From NCBI GenBank assembly GCA_001819985.1, contig MHOE01000016.1:1-22454 (forward strand): a stretch of DNA of 22,454 nt, read 5' to 3'. The position numbers and the translations under genes are program-made. The notes under the pieces were generated by a model. It searched no databases. It saw only the letters and a list, made by a program, of their open reading frames with translations, and was not told where the DNA came from. This stretch comes from Candidatus Spechtbacteria bacterium RIFCSPHIGHO2_02_FULL_43_15b. Lineage in GTDB: Bacteria > Patescibacteriota > Minisyncoccia > Spechtbacterales > HO2-43-30. Each line of letters begins with the position of its first letter. Within the stretch, counting starts at the first letter, position 1. Below are positions 15,068-22,454 of the stretch, piece by piece.

Positions 15068-15193
15068 GGATAAAAATTAAAAACGCATATTCGGTCGGAT
15101 ACATTTATAGAGCAACGATAAACGGATTCGCGGTAATGTATGCGCGTGTAAAGCGGCCTTAATTTTAATAACTTAGAATTCATACTAAAACCC

Positions 15194-15538
15194 GTGAGTC
15201 AAAACCGAACAATTCTCGCCATAGTTGTTGGATTATCGCTTGTCGGGTCGATCGTTGTAATCGCGCGTAATCAGGTGGTATCATACGATTTTTCCATGAA
15301 GAAAAATATTGAGTCGGTGATTGGAGACGATAATCCAAAAATGCCGGAATGGCCGGAAGCGACACTGGGGGAATTAAAGGGCGTTTTGGAAAGTTTAGGA
15401 GAAGCGGATTTGAGCAAATTTTTCGCGACATCCATAGCGACTACAACCGTTTCGGATACGGGCGTTGAAGGCGGCGCGGAGGAATCGCCAGAAAGCGTTT
15501 TTGAATACGCGACATCGAGCGCCAATACTGATTTCTAA
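15194..15538 (+). CDS. Hypothetical membrane-anchored acidic protein
   Basis: GTG start. One N-terminal TM (ILAIVVGLSLVGSIVVIA), then a low-complexity acidic tail. An antisense ORF overlaps it, so coding status is uncertain. Confidence 0.35.
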   Translation: MSQNRTILAIVVGLSLVGSIVVIARNQVVSYDFSMKKNIESVIGDDNPKMPEWPEATLGELKGVLESLGEADLSKFFATSIATTTVSDTGVEGGAEESPESVFEYATSSANTDF

Positions 15539-15623
15539 AACGAACTAAGTAATCTCATCTTACGGATTTTTGTCGGAATTTAGCGCATCTATTTAGTGAA
15601 AGTATTAACATTTTATCTTTGCC

Positions 15624-18092
15624 ATGTATATAGGAAAAGTTCAATCAAGGGAAATAACGGAAGAAATGAAAGATTCGTACCTCGACTATGCGATGTCTGT
15701 TATCGTGTCGAGGGCGTTGCCGGATGTCAGGGATGGTTTAAAACCCGTGCACAGAAGAATTCTATACACTATGCATGAAATGGGTTTGAGGCATAATGTG
15801 AAATTCAGAAAATCCGCCGCGGTTGTGGGAGATGTCCTTGGTAAATTTCATCCCCACGGAGATTCGGCGGTATATGATGCCATGGCAAGAATGGCTCAAG
15901 ATTTTTCATTGAGATACCCCTTAGTTAACGGACAGGGGAACTGGGGATCTGTGGACGGGGACTCCCCCGCCGCTATGAGGTACACGGAAGCGCGTATGTC
16001 CAAAATCGCGGAAGAAATGCTGATAGATATTGATAAGGAAACGATAGAGTGGATGGATAATTATGACGGCACAAAAAGCGAGCCGAAAGTACTGCCGGCG
16101 GCCGTGCCGCAATTATTGATAAACGGAAGCATGGGTATAGCGGTGGGCATGGCGACAAACATACCTCCTCACAACATGACAGAAGTTATGGACGCGCTAA
16201 TTTATCTCGCGGATACGCCGAATGCTTCAGTTTCAGATATTTTGAAATTCGTAAAAGGGCCGGATTTTCCTACGGGCGGAGTAGTTTTCGGAAAAAAATC
16301 AATGAGAGAAGCTTATGCGCAGGGAAGGGGCCCTATAGTTATGAGAGGTGTAGCTGAAATCAAGGACAGGAAACCAAGAAAGGGAAAAGTTTCTTCGGAC
16401 CAGATCATAGAGATAACGGAGATTCCATACCAGGTTAATAAGTCAAGTTTAATAGAAAAAATGGCGGATCTTGTGAAAGAAGGAAGAGTGGATGGCATAA
16501 GGGATATAAGGGATGAATCCGACAGGAAGGGTATGAGTATTGTTATAGAACTCAAGAAAGACGCGTATCCGCAAAAGATACTTAATTCGCTTTACAAGTT
16601 TACGGAACTTCAAAAAACTTTTCATTTGAATATGCTTGCTCTTGTTGACGGAATACAGCCGCAAGTTCTTTCAATAAGGGATGTCTTGGAAAAGTATCTT
16701 GAGCACAGAAAATATGTAGTCAGGAAGAGGTTGGAGTTTGATTTGAAAAAAGCTAAAGAAAGGGCGCATATTTTGGAGGGGCTAAAAAAGGCGCTGGATC
16801 AGATAGACGCGGTCATAAAAGTAATAAAAAGTTCAAAAGACAGGGAAGACGCAAGAGTGAATCTTGAAAGTCAATTTAAGTTCACCGAAGTTCAAGCCAA
16901 CGCCATACTCGAGATGAGGCTTCAGACGCTCGCGAACATGGAGCAGAAGAAAATACTGGAGGAGCTTGAAGAGAAGCGAAGAGTCATCAAAGAGCTTAAC
17001 TTGCTCTTGGAGAATAAAAAAGTTTTCATAGATTTTCTAAAGGAAGAATTCGCCGCCATAAAGAAAAACTACGGGGACGAAAGATACACTAAAATTTTCG
17101 CGCAAGACGCGGAAGAACTGCAGGAGGAAGACCTGATACCAAAAGAGGAGACCATAATAACTCTCACTAAAGGCGGCTATCTAAAGAGGGTTATGCCATC
17201 CATGTATAAGACGCAACACAGGGGCGGGAAGGGCATAATAGGAATGGAGACCAAGGGCGAAGATGTGGTCGAGCATTTCATAGCCGCATCTACTCACGAT
17301 AGATTGCTTTTCTTTACCGCAAAGGGCAAGGTCTATCAGACAGTCGCTTATGAGATACCAAAATCAACAAGGCTTGGTCGAGGCAGAGCTTTAGCAAATT
17401 TTTTGGATCTAGAGAGAAACGATTTTGTCACAGCGATATTGTCTCTGGAGCGCATGATTAAGGAAAAAGAAGAAGCCGGCAGTAAAGAGGAGCCGAAATT
17501 TTTGGTTATGGCTACTAAGCATGGTATAATAAAGAAAACTCCTGTTGAAGATTTCAGAAATGTGAGAAGGTCCGGATTGGGGGCCATACACTTAAAGAAT
17601 AATGATGAACTAAGATGGGTGGGGGCTACGAATGGGAACAATAATCTTATGCTAATAACATCAGAGGGTCAGCAAATTCGTTTTAAGGAGTCGGATGTCA
17701 GGCCGATGGGTCGCACAGCGGCAGGAGTTAAGGCGATAAATCTAAAAGAGAATGACGCGGTAATATCAATGGTTGTGGTATCGCCCATAAGAAAGCATCT
17801 TCTGGTGGTTTCTGAAAATGGATTTGGCAAGAGAACCGCGATTTCAATGTTCAAAACGCAAAAACGCGGAGGATCCGGAATTAAAGCGGCGAAGATTACG
17901 CCTAAAACCGGCAAGATAGTCGCGGCATTGAGCGTTGACGGCGGTCAGGAAGAATTTATTGTCGTGTCCCAAAAGGGCCAAGTTATACGAACTATGATAA
18001 AAAGTATTTCTATTCTAGGGAGGGATACGCAGGGCGTTAAAATAATGCGCCTGTCTCAAGGAGATAAAGTAGCATCGGGAGTAATTGTATAA
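15624..18092 (+). CDS. gyrA: DNA gyrase subunit A
   Basis: [33 protein letters not shown] (Ser and Asp at the E. coli 83/87 equivalents). Catalytic [10 protein letters not shown]. GyrA-box QHRGGKG in the C-terminal beta-pinwheel, which argues for gyrase rather than ParC. Confidence 0.97.
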   Translation: MYIGKVQSREITEEMKDSYLDYAMSVIVSRALPDVRDGLKPVHRRILYTMHEMGLRHNVKFRKSAAVVGDVLGKFHPHGDSAVYDAMARMAQDFSLRYPLVNGQGNWGSVDGDSPAAMRYTEARMSKIAEEMLIDIDKETIEWMDNYDGTKSEPKVLPAAVPQLLINGSMGIAVGMATNIPPHNMTEVMDALIYLADTPNASVSDILKFVKGPDFPTGGVVFGKKSMREAYAQGRGPIVMRGVAEIKDRKPRKGKVSSDQIIEITEIPYQVNKSSLIEKMADLVKEGRVDGIRDIRDESDRKGMSIVIELKKDAYPQKILNSLYKFTELQKTFHLNMLALVDGIQPQVLSIRDVLEKYLEHRKYVVRKRLEFDLKKAKERAHILEGLKKALDQIDAVIKVIKSSKDREDARVNLESQFKFTEVQANAILEMRLQTLANMEQKKILEELEEKRRVIKELNLLLENKKVFIDFLKEEFAAIKKNYGDERYTKIFAQDAEELQEEDLIPKEETIITLTKGGYLKRVMPSMYKTQHRGGKGIIGMETKGEDVVEHFIAASTHDRLLFFTAKGKVYQTVAYEIPKSTRLGRGRALANFLDLERNDFVTAILSLERMIKEKEEAGSKEEPKFLVMATKHGIIKKTPVEDFRNVRRSGLGAIHLKNNDELRWVGATNGNNNLMLITSEGQQIRFKESDVRPMGRTAAGVKAINLKENDAVISMVVVSPIRKHLLVVSENGFGKRTAISMFKTQKRGGSGIKAAKITPKTGKIVAALSVDGGQEEFIVVSQKGQVIRTMIKSISILGRDTQGVKIMRLSQGDKVASGVIV

Positions 18093-18126
18093 TCAGAGTT
18101 TCCGCGCGAAACCCCAATAGTACCCC

Positions 18127-18146
18127 ATGCCTATAAGGCATAATTT
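18127..18146 (+). terminator. Weak hairpin after gyrA
   Basis: ATGCCT-ata-AGGCAT followed by AATTT. Short stem and poor T-tract. Confidence 0.3.
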
Positions 18147-18184
18147 AGCGTATTTTACGGCATAGAAGTGCCACTTCATGTATA

Positions 18185-18745
18185 ATGATCAAACTTAAAT
18201 CCATAGCGTTTCCAGGAACAGGAGGATTTCTTAGGCCAGCGGAGATTATGGACAAGCTGGAAATAAGCAACGGCATGAAAGTCGCGGATTTAGGTTGCGG
18301 GTCGGGTTATTTTACAATCCCAGTTGCCCGTAAGGTCGGCAAGGACGGCCTTGTTTACGCGGTGGATGTGCTTGATAGCGCGTTGGATTCGGTAAGGAGC
18401 AATTCAAAATTGTATTCTTTGCTGAACATAGAAACAAGAAAGGGAAATCTGGAGAAAGAAAATGGTTCGGGTATAGAAGATAAATGCGTGGATTTAGTTA
18501 TTTTGGCTAATATTTTGTACCAGGTCAAAGATAAAGCCGGCTTAATCAAAGAAGCGAAGCGGGTTGTAAAAGACGGGGGCAAGATAGTGGTAATAGAATG
18601 GGCGGAGAATTCCGCATTTGGTCCATCTCTAAGTATAAAAGTGCCCAAGAAATACATGAAAGATTTAGCAAAGTCATCATCGTTAGTTTTGGAAAAAGAG
18701 TTCGATGCGGGAGGGAGTCATTACGGTTTAGTGTTCTCTATGTAA
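18185..18745 (+). CDS. Class I SAM-dependent methyltransferase (Methyltransf_11/25-like)
   Basis: Motif I VADLGCGSGYFT, motif II YAVDV, post-I VDLVILANILYQV. Confidence 0.75.
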   Translation: MIKLKSIAFPGTGGFLRPAEIMDKLEISNGMKVADLGCGSGYFTIPVARKVGKDGLVYAVDVLDSALDSVRSNSKLYSLLNIETRKGNLEKENGSGIEDKCVDLVILANILYQVKDKAGLIKEAKRVVKDGGKIVVIEWAENSAFGPSLSIKVPKKYMKDLAKSSSLVLEKEFDAGGSHYGLVFSM

Positions 18746-18785
18746 AAGAAATTGAGCTTACAAATTTACAATAAAATTCGTAAAG

Positions 18786-20171
18786 GTGCTAAGAATTCAA
18801 AAATACCAGCGTAATAGGATAGCATTTGTTACAGTTTTCCTTGTAGTGGGCACTGTGGTTTTTTTGATGACGCAGTGCATAATCCCGGGTTTCAAGTGTA
18901 AAGATAAAATCACTTTCGTAGGGCCCCAGCCGGTAACTCTTGATGTATGGAATGTATTTGAGGACAAAGATATCTACAGGGAAATAATAAGCAAATACAG
19001 GGAATCCAATGGTTATGTTACAGTAAATTACGAAACGATTCAGTTCGAAGAATACAGAGCGAAGCTTATCGAGGCGTTTGCGGCCGGAAAGGGGCCGGAT
19101 ATTTTTGTGATACATAATACTTGGTTACCTACGCAGAAAGATCGGATTGCGCCCGCTCCATCCGACATGATTATTTCCTCCGAATTTGACAGTATATTTC
19201 CGGATGTGGTTAAGTTTGATTTTGTCCGCATGGCGGAAGACGGCGGCAGGTTTGTTTATGCTGTCCCATTAGCAATAGAGACATTGGGACTTTTTTACAA
19301 TAAAGATTATTTCGACGCGGAGAATATAGAAGTAAGCCCTAAGTTATGGGACGAAGTCGTGGATTTCTCTCGGCTATTCACAAGATTTGATGAAAGGGGG
19401 GATATAAAAATTTCAGGAATTTCGCTCGGCGCGATAGCCAACATTAACAGGTCAACGGATATAGTGGGTCTTTTGATGATGCAGGGCGGCGCAAGGATGA
19501 ATAACGAAAGTTTAACAGAAGCAACTTTTGACGAGACGGTAATAACGGAGGCAGGAGATCTAAAGAAAGAATTTAAGCCCGGGAAAGACGCCGTAGATTT
19601 CTATTTGTCGTTTAGCGATGAAAGGAAACCGGTTTATTCGTGGAACGAGAAAATGTCCTACTCGATAGACGCTTTCGTTGAGGGGAAAAGCGTGATGATG
19701 ATTAACTATCCTCATCACATTCAAACAATTAAAAGAAAAGCTCCTCATCTCAATTTCAGTACTGGCCCCGCGCCGCAACTAAAAGACAGGAAAGAAGATG
19801 TAAACTACGCTAACTATTGGGGCTTTACTGTCGCTAAAAATTCCGATGCGGTAAAGGAGGCATGGAGATTTATAGATTTTCTCGCGAGTCCGGACGCAGT
19901 TAAGCTTTATGTGGAAAAAACAAAACTTCCAGTCGCGAGAAAAGACCTTGTTTTATGGCAACAACAGGACGAAGAATTAAAGCATTTCTCGAGCCAGATA
20001 TTGACGGCAAAATCATGGTATCAAGGAGATTCTGATGCGGCGGAAGCTGTTCTTGGGGAAATGGTGGAATCCGCGAAGAGCGGCAAAAAAAGCATAGAGA
20101 AAGCGATTGAAGACGCGGCGGCTCAAATAAGTATTATAATAAAACGGATAAGGTCCGACCAAGAGATTTAA
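18786..20171 (+). CDS. Extracellular solute-binding protein (ABC-type, family 1, sugar-like), TM-anchored; no cognate permease/ATPase adjacent
   Basis: GTG start. N-terminal anchor IAFVTVFLVVGTVVFLM. SBP_bac_1-type segments GPDIFVIHNTWLP, LGLFYNKDYF and NYWGFTVAKNS. Confidence 0.75.
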   Translation: MLRIQKYQRNRIAFVTVFLVVGTVVFLMTQCIIPGFKCKDKITFVGPQPVTLDVWNVFEDKDIYREIISKYRESNGYVTVNYETIQFEEYRAKLIEAFAAGKGPDIFVIHNTWLPTQKDRIAPAPSDMIISSEFDSIFPDVVKFDFVRMAEDGGRFVYAVPLAIETLGLFYNKDYFDAENIEVSPKLWDEVVDFSRLFTRFDERGDIKISGISLGAIANINRSTDIVGLLMMQGGARMNNESLTEATFDETVITEAGDLKKEFKPGKDAVDFYLSFSDERKPVYSWNEKMSYSIDAFVEGKSVMMINYPHHIQTIKRKAPHLNFSTGPAPQLKDRKEDVNYANYWGFTVAKNSDAVKEAWRFIDFLASPDAVKLYVEKTKLPVARKDLVLWQQQDEELKHFSSQILTAKSWYQGDSDAAEAVLGEMVESAKSGKKSIEKAIEDAAAQISIIIKRIRSDQEI

Positions 20172-20274
20172 CGCGATAAGATACTCGAAGCGAGCAAAAT
20201 AGTTAATTAAGCAAACAAAAACGGATTTGTCAGCGGATGGTCTTGGGAAAGTATTAGTGTTTAGTTACTCTAGT

Positions 20275-20790
20275 ATGCGAAAATTACTTGCCATATCTTT
20301 AATGCCAATTTTGCCGTTCGTTGTGTTCGGGGTGTTTTTCGCAATACCATCGGATGCCCAAGTGAATCCCCTGAATCATTGTCTTCTATTTCAGGAAATT
20401 TCAGTGGATGGCATCGTTTTACTTAAGGGTTCGGATATTAAATCGGGGCCGGATGACATCGTAGATTTAGATAAGGGGACAGGGATAAATTCACCGACAG
20501 ACCCAATAATTGGCGTGGAGGGTGGAGTTTCAGTCGGAGTTCCGACATCCGATTGGGGAGCTATTTGCCTTATAGACAGCGTAAACAAAATTGTTGACTG
20601 GATGTTTTTCATATTGCTTACAGTAGCATTTACATTTATTGTAATAGCGGGATTTATGTGGATTGTGTCAGCCGGAAGTTCGGAGAAGCAACAAGCCGCG
20701 GGAAAGATGATAGTGGCGGCGCTTGTGGGAATTGTAATAGCTCTGTTCGCAAAGATTTTGCCCGCGATATTGCTCGGTATAGTGACATAA
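20275..20790 (+). CDS. VirB2/TrbC-like (T4SS-pilin-type) secreted two-TM protein, paralog 1
   Basis: Start moved to ATG 20275 (MRKLLAISLM...). Signal peptide ends SDA|Q. Conserved Cys pair (NHCLL ... DWGAICLI). C-terminal hairpin of two hydrophobic helices split by the SAGSSEKQQAAGK loop. Confidence 0.65.
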   Translation: MRKLLAISLMPILPFVVFGVFFAIPSDAQVNPLNHCLLFQEISVDGIVLLKGSDIKSGPDDIVDLDKGTGINSPTDPIIGVEGGVSVGVPTSDWGAICLIDSVNKIVDWMFFILLTVAFTFIVIAGFMWIVSAGSSEKQQAAGKMIVAALVGIVIALFAKILPAILLGIVT

Positions 20791-20842
20791 CAGATGCAGA
20801 AAGTTGAAGCATCGTGGAATATTAGGATTTTTGGGTTTTAAC

Positions 20843-20851
20843 TTATCCACA
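20843..20851 (+). promoter_or_regulatory. Isolated perfect DnaA-box 9-mer TTATCCACA
   Basis: Exact consensus in the gap between pilin paralogs 1 and 2. Confidence 0.3.
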
Positions 20852-21033
20852 TCGGTAAATATACTAAGGTTTTGCTGGTAATGGTAAAATGAATTCGAAA
20901 GAATTATGATCTGGAAAATAAGATTGAATTCGAATCAAAAACAAGGTCGAATATTTTAATTAACAAAAGTCGAAAGACTAAAGTACTGCGGGAATTTCGA
21001 AGTAAGGGTACTGGCTATTCTCGCAAAATAAGC

Positions 21034-21528
21034 ATGAAAAAATTAACTCCATTAGTATTATCTATCGCGATTTTAGGGATAGTCGCGGCATTGCCCGCGG
21101 GAGCGCAGACTAGCCCGGTTAGCGAATGCAATTTAAGTAGCGATATAAAGGTTAAAGGTATTACCGTGCTCACGAATTCACTTGTAAAGACGGGGGATGT
21201 AAGCATAGTAGCTTTAGACACGGGCGCATCTCCAACTAACCCGGCAGTTGGCATTGAAGGAGGTGTAGGCGTTACAGTTTCGACATCTGATTGGGGAAGT
21301 ATTTGTTTGGTCAATACGATAAACAAGATTGTTGACTGGCTGTTCTTCATTATGTTGACGGTAGCGTTTGCGTTGATTGTGGTCGCGGCGTTTTTGTGGG
21401 TAACTTCGGCAGGAGATTCGGCAAAACAGGAAAGCGCTAAAAAGATGATTATTGCCGCTATGGTAGGTCTGGTTATAGCGTTATTCGCAAGAATATTGCC
21501 AGCTGTGATACTCGGCATAGTTACATAG
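21034..21528 (+). CDS. VirB2/TrbC-like (T4SS-pilin-type) secreted two-TM protein, paralog 2
   Basis: Signal peptide ends AGA|Q. Cys pair (SECNL ... DWGSICLV). 55 of the last 80 residues are identical to paralog 1 by hand alignment. Loop SAGDSAKQESAKK lies between the two TM helices. Confidence 0.65.
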   Translation: MKKLTPLVLSIAILGIVAALPAGAQTSPVSECNLSSDIKVKGITVLTNSLVKTGDVSIVALDTGASPTNPAVGIEGGVGVTVSTSDWGSICLVNTINKIVDWLFFIMLTVAFALIVVAAFLWVTSAGDSAKQESAKKMIIAAMVGLVIALFARILPAVILGIVT

Positions 21529-21535
21529 CATAATC

Positions 21536-21593
21536 AGCATAATAAAACTAAAAGAACTGTCCACACGGGCAGTTCTTTTAGTTTTATTATGCT
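21536..21593 (+). terminator. Unusually long 27-bp hairpin (probable terminator) right after pilin paralog 2
   Basis: AGCATAATAAAACTAAAAGAACTGTCC-acac-GGGCAGTTCTTTTAGTTTTATTATGCT: 26 Watson-Crick pairs plus 1 G-U, checked base by base. Followed by TTTGTT. The flanking CATAATC/GATTATG could extend the stem. Confidence 0.6.
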
Positions 21594-21658
21594 TTTGTTA
21601 TGATTATGTTATAGAAAGGTCTTCGAGTATTAAAGAGAAATTCAAAATAAAAACAAAA

Positions 21659-22183
21659 ATGAAGTTTAACTTTTTTTTCAATTCAATAGTAGCTGTTTTT
21701 CTTTTGCTGTCAGTTATTTTTCCGGCTTATGCGCAGGGACCAACTACTCCAGTTCAGCAATGCGTGCTTTCGAGGGACTCTAGTATTAACATAAGGGTAA
21801 CAGGAGTCACGACAGATGACATAGCAACTATAAAAAAAGACGCAGTAATTTCAAGCATTTTAGCTCAAACTACTGGGCAAGTCATTACCGAAAGCGGAAC
21901 AACCCAAACTATGACATCGGCTCAACGAACAGAGATTACAGAACGATGGGGAATAATATGCGTTATAAACACAATAAATGTCGTTATAGATTGGATTTTC
22001 TACGCATTGATAGCCGTGGTTTTGTTGCTTGTGGCATTAGCGGCTTTTTTCTGGACCATATCGAGCGGAGATTCTGGTCGCCAAAAGAAGGCAAAGGATA
22101 TGATAATCGCGGCTTTAATAGGTCTTACGATCGCGTTGCTTTCAAGGATGGCGCCGAATATAATTACCGGCATATTAGCTTAA
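21659..22183 (+). CDS. VirB2/TrbC-like (T4SS-pilin-type) secreted two-TM protein, paralog 3 (divergent)
   Basis: Signal peptide ends AYA|Q. Cys pair (QQCVL ... RWGIICVI). 39 of the last 80 residues are identical to paralog 2 by hand alignment. Loop SSGDSGRQKKAKD. Confidence 0.6.
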   Translation: MKFNFFFNSIVAVFLLLSVIFPAYAQGPTTPVQQCVLSRDSSINIRVTGVTTDDIATIKKDAVISSILAQTTGQVITESGTTQTMTSAQRTEITERWGIICVINTINVVIDWIFYALIAVVLLLVALAAFFWTISSGDSGRQKKAKDMIIAALIGLTIALLSRMAPNIITGILA

Positions 22184-22212
22184 GCCAATGCCATTTATGG
22201 TCGGTAAGATTT

Positions 22213-22246
22213 AAACCCCGTTCCTATTACGCGAGGAGCGGGGTTT
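22213..22246 (+). terminator. Terminator after pilin paralog 3
   Basis: AAACCCCGTTCC-tattacgcga-GGAGCGGGGTTT: 12-bp stem including one G-U. Confidence 0.6.
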
Positions 22247-22352
22247 ACGGTTGGCGATATAAAGTATATTATACTTTGCGAGTATTTTGCTTTGCGTTAC
22301 TTAAGAGAGAGTTTGGTTAACTAGGAGCGAAATGGTTTATCCCCTGACTCAT

Positions 22353-22439
22353 GCGCCCGTGGCGGAACTGGAATACGCGTGGGGTTTAGGACCCCATCTC
22401 CTCACGGAGTTACAGGTTCAAATCCTGTCGGGCGCACCA
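22353..22439 (+). tRNA. tRNA-Leu (anticodon UAG), class II with long variable arm, CCA encoded
   Basis: Acceptor GCGCCCG/CGGGCGC; D arm GCG-GAACTGGAATA-CGC; anticodon stem TGGGG/CCCCA with loop TTTAGGA; variable arm CTCC-tcac-GGAG; T arm ACAGG-TTCAAAT-CCTGT; discriminator A; CCA at 22437-22439. Confidence 0.95.
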
Positions 22440-22454
22440 GAATGGACTTCGTGA

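Noticed and set aside
18181-18186. TATAAT hexamer as promoter of the 18185 methyltransferase
   Set aside because: It overlaps the ATG itself, so it cannot serve that start codon. It would matter only if the true start were the downstream Met at residue 23, which would leave too short an N-terminus before motif I.
21015-21518. 167-aa ORF antisense to pilin paralog 2
   Set aside because: It is an exact shadow of the plus-strand gene. It has no start context, signal or recognisable domain, whereas the sense frame has paralogs on either side.
20275-21528. Diversity-generating retroelement (template/variable repeat) explanation for paralogs 1 and 2
   Set aside because: Nucleotide differences are spread over all base types and along the whole gene rather than adenine-specific in one block. 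No reverse transcriptase is in the window.
1-22454. Alternative genetic code (UGA recoding as in some CPR lineages), CRISPR arrays, or mobile elements
   Set aside because: Conserved proteins terminate at their expected length on TGA, for example the MTase at 631-633 and the SPOUT gene at 3294-3296. I saw no regularly spaced direct repeats and no transposase, integrase or recombinase.

Overview
A 22.4-kb, densely coded, moderately AT-rich bacterial chromosomal segment using the standard code (TGA, TAA and TAG all act as stops). Many small single-domain proteins, a minimal Ogt, an archaeal-type EndoQ, a half-size MFS protein and tandem VirB2-like pilin paralogs suggest a Candidate Phyla Radiation / Patescibacteria-type genome; that assignment is inference only. 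Firm calls: a type II R-M pair cut by the window edge, tRNA-His(GUG), tRNA-Leu(UAG), a SPOUT RNA methyltransferase, ogt, pterin-4a-carbinolamine dehydratase, plsY, an XRE regulator, a beta-CASP metallo-beta-lactamase nuclease, a TIGR00725/LOG-like protein, an amino-acid permease, a BCAM0308-like zinc-ribbon protein coupled to EndoQ, rpsA (4 S1 domains), two further MBL/SAM-MTase genes, gyrA, an orphan solute-binding protein and three tandem signal-peptide + two-TM pilin-like paralogs. I saw no CRISPR array, transposase, integrase or reverse transcriptase. Four things deserve a second look. (1) An 855-bp non-coding gap (5582-6436) holds clustered DnaA boxes and an apparent promoter-to-terminator unit of about 270 nt. 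(2) The triplicated, N-terminally extended VirB2/TrbC-like pilin genes share an upstream motif, and a 27-bp hairpin follows the second copy. (3) A nested, mutually exclusive helix system lies in the convergent gap 12266-12460. (4) EndoQ is coupled to a zinc-ribbon protein. All homology statements rest on motif recognition by eye; no database search was run.
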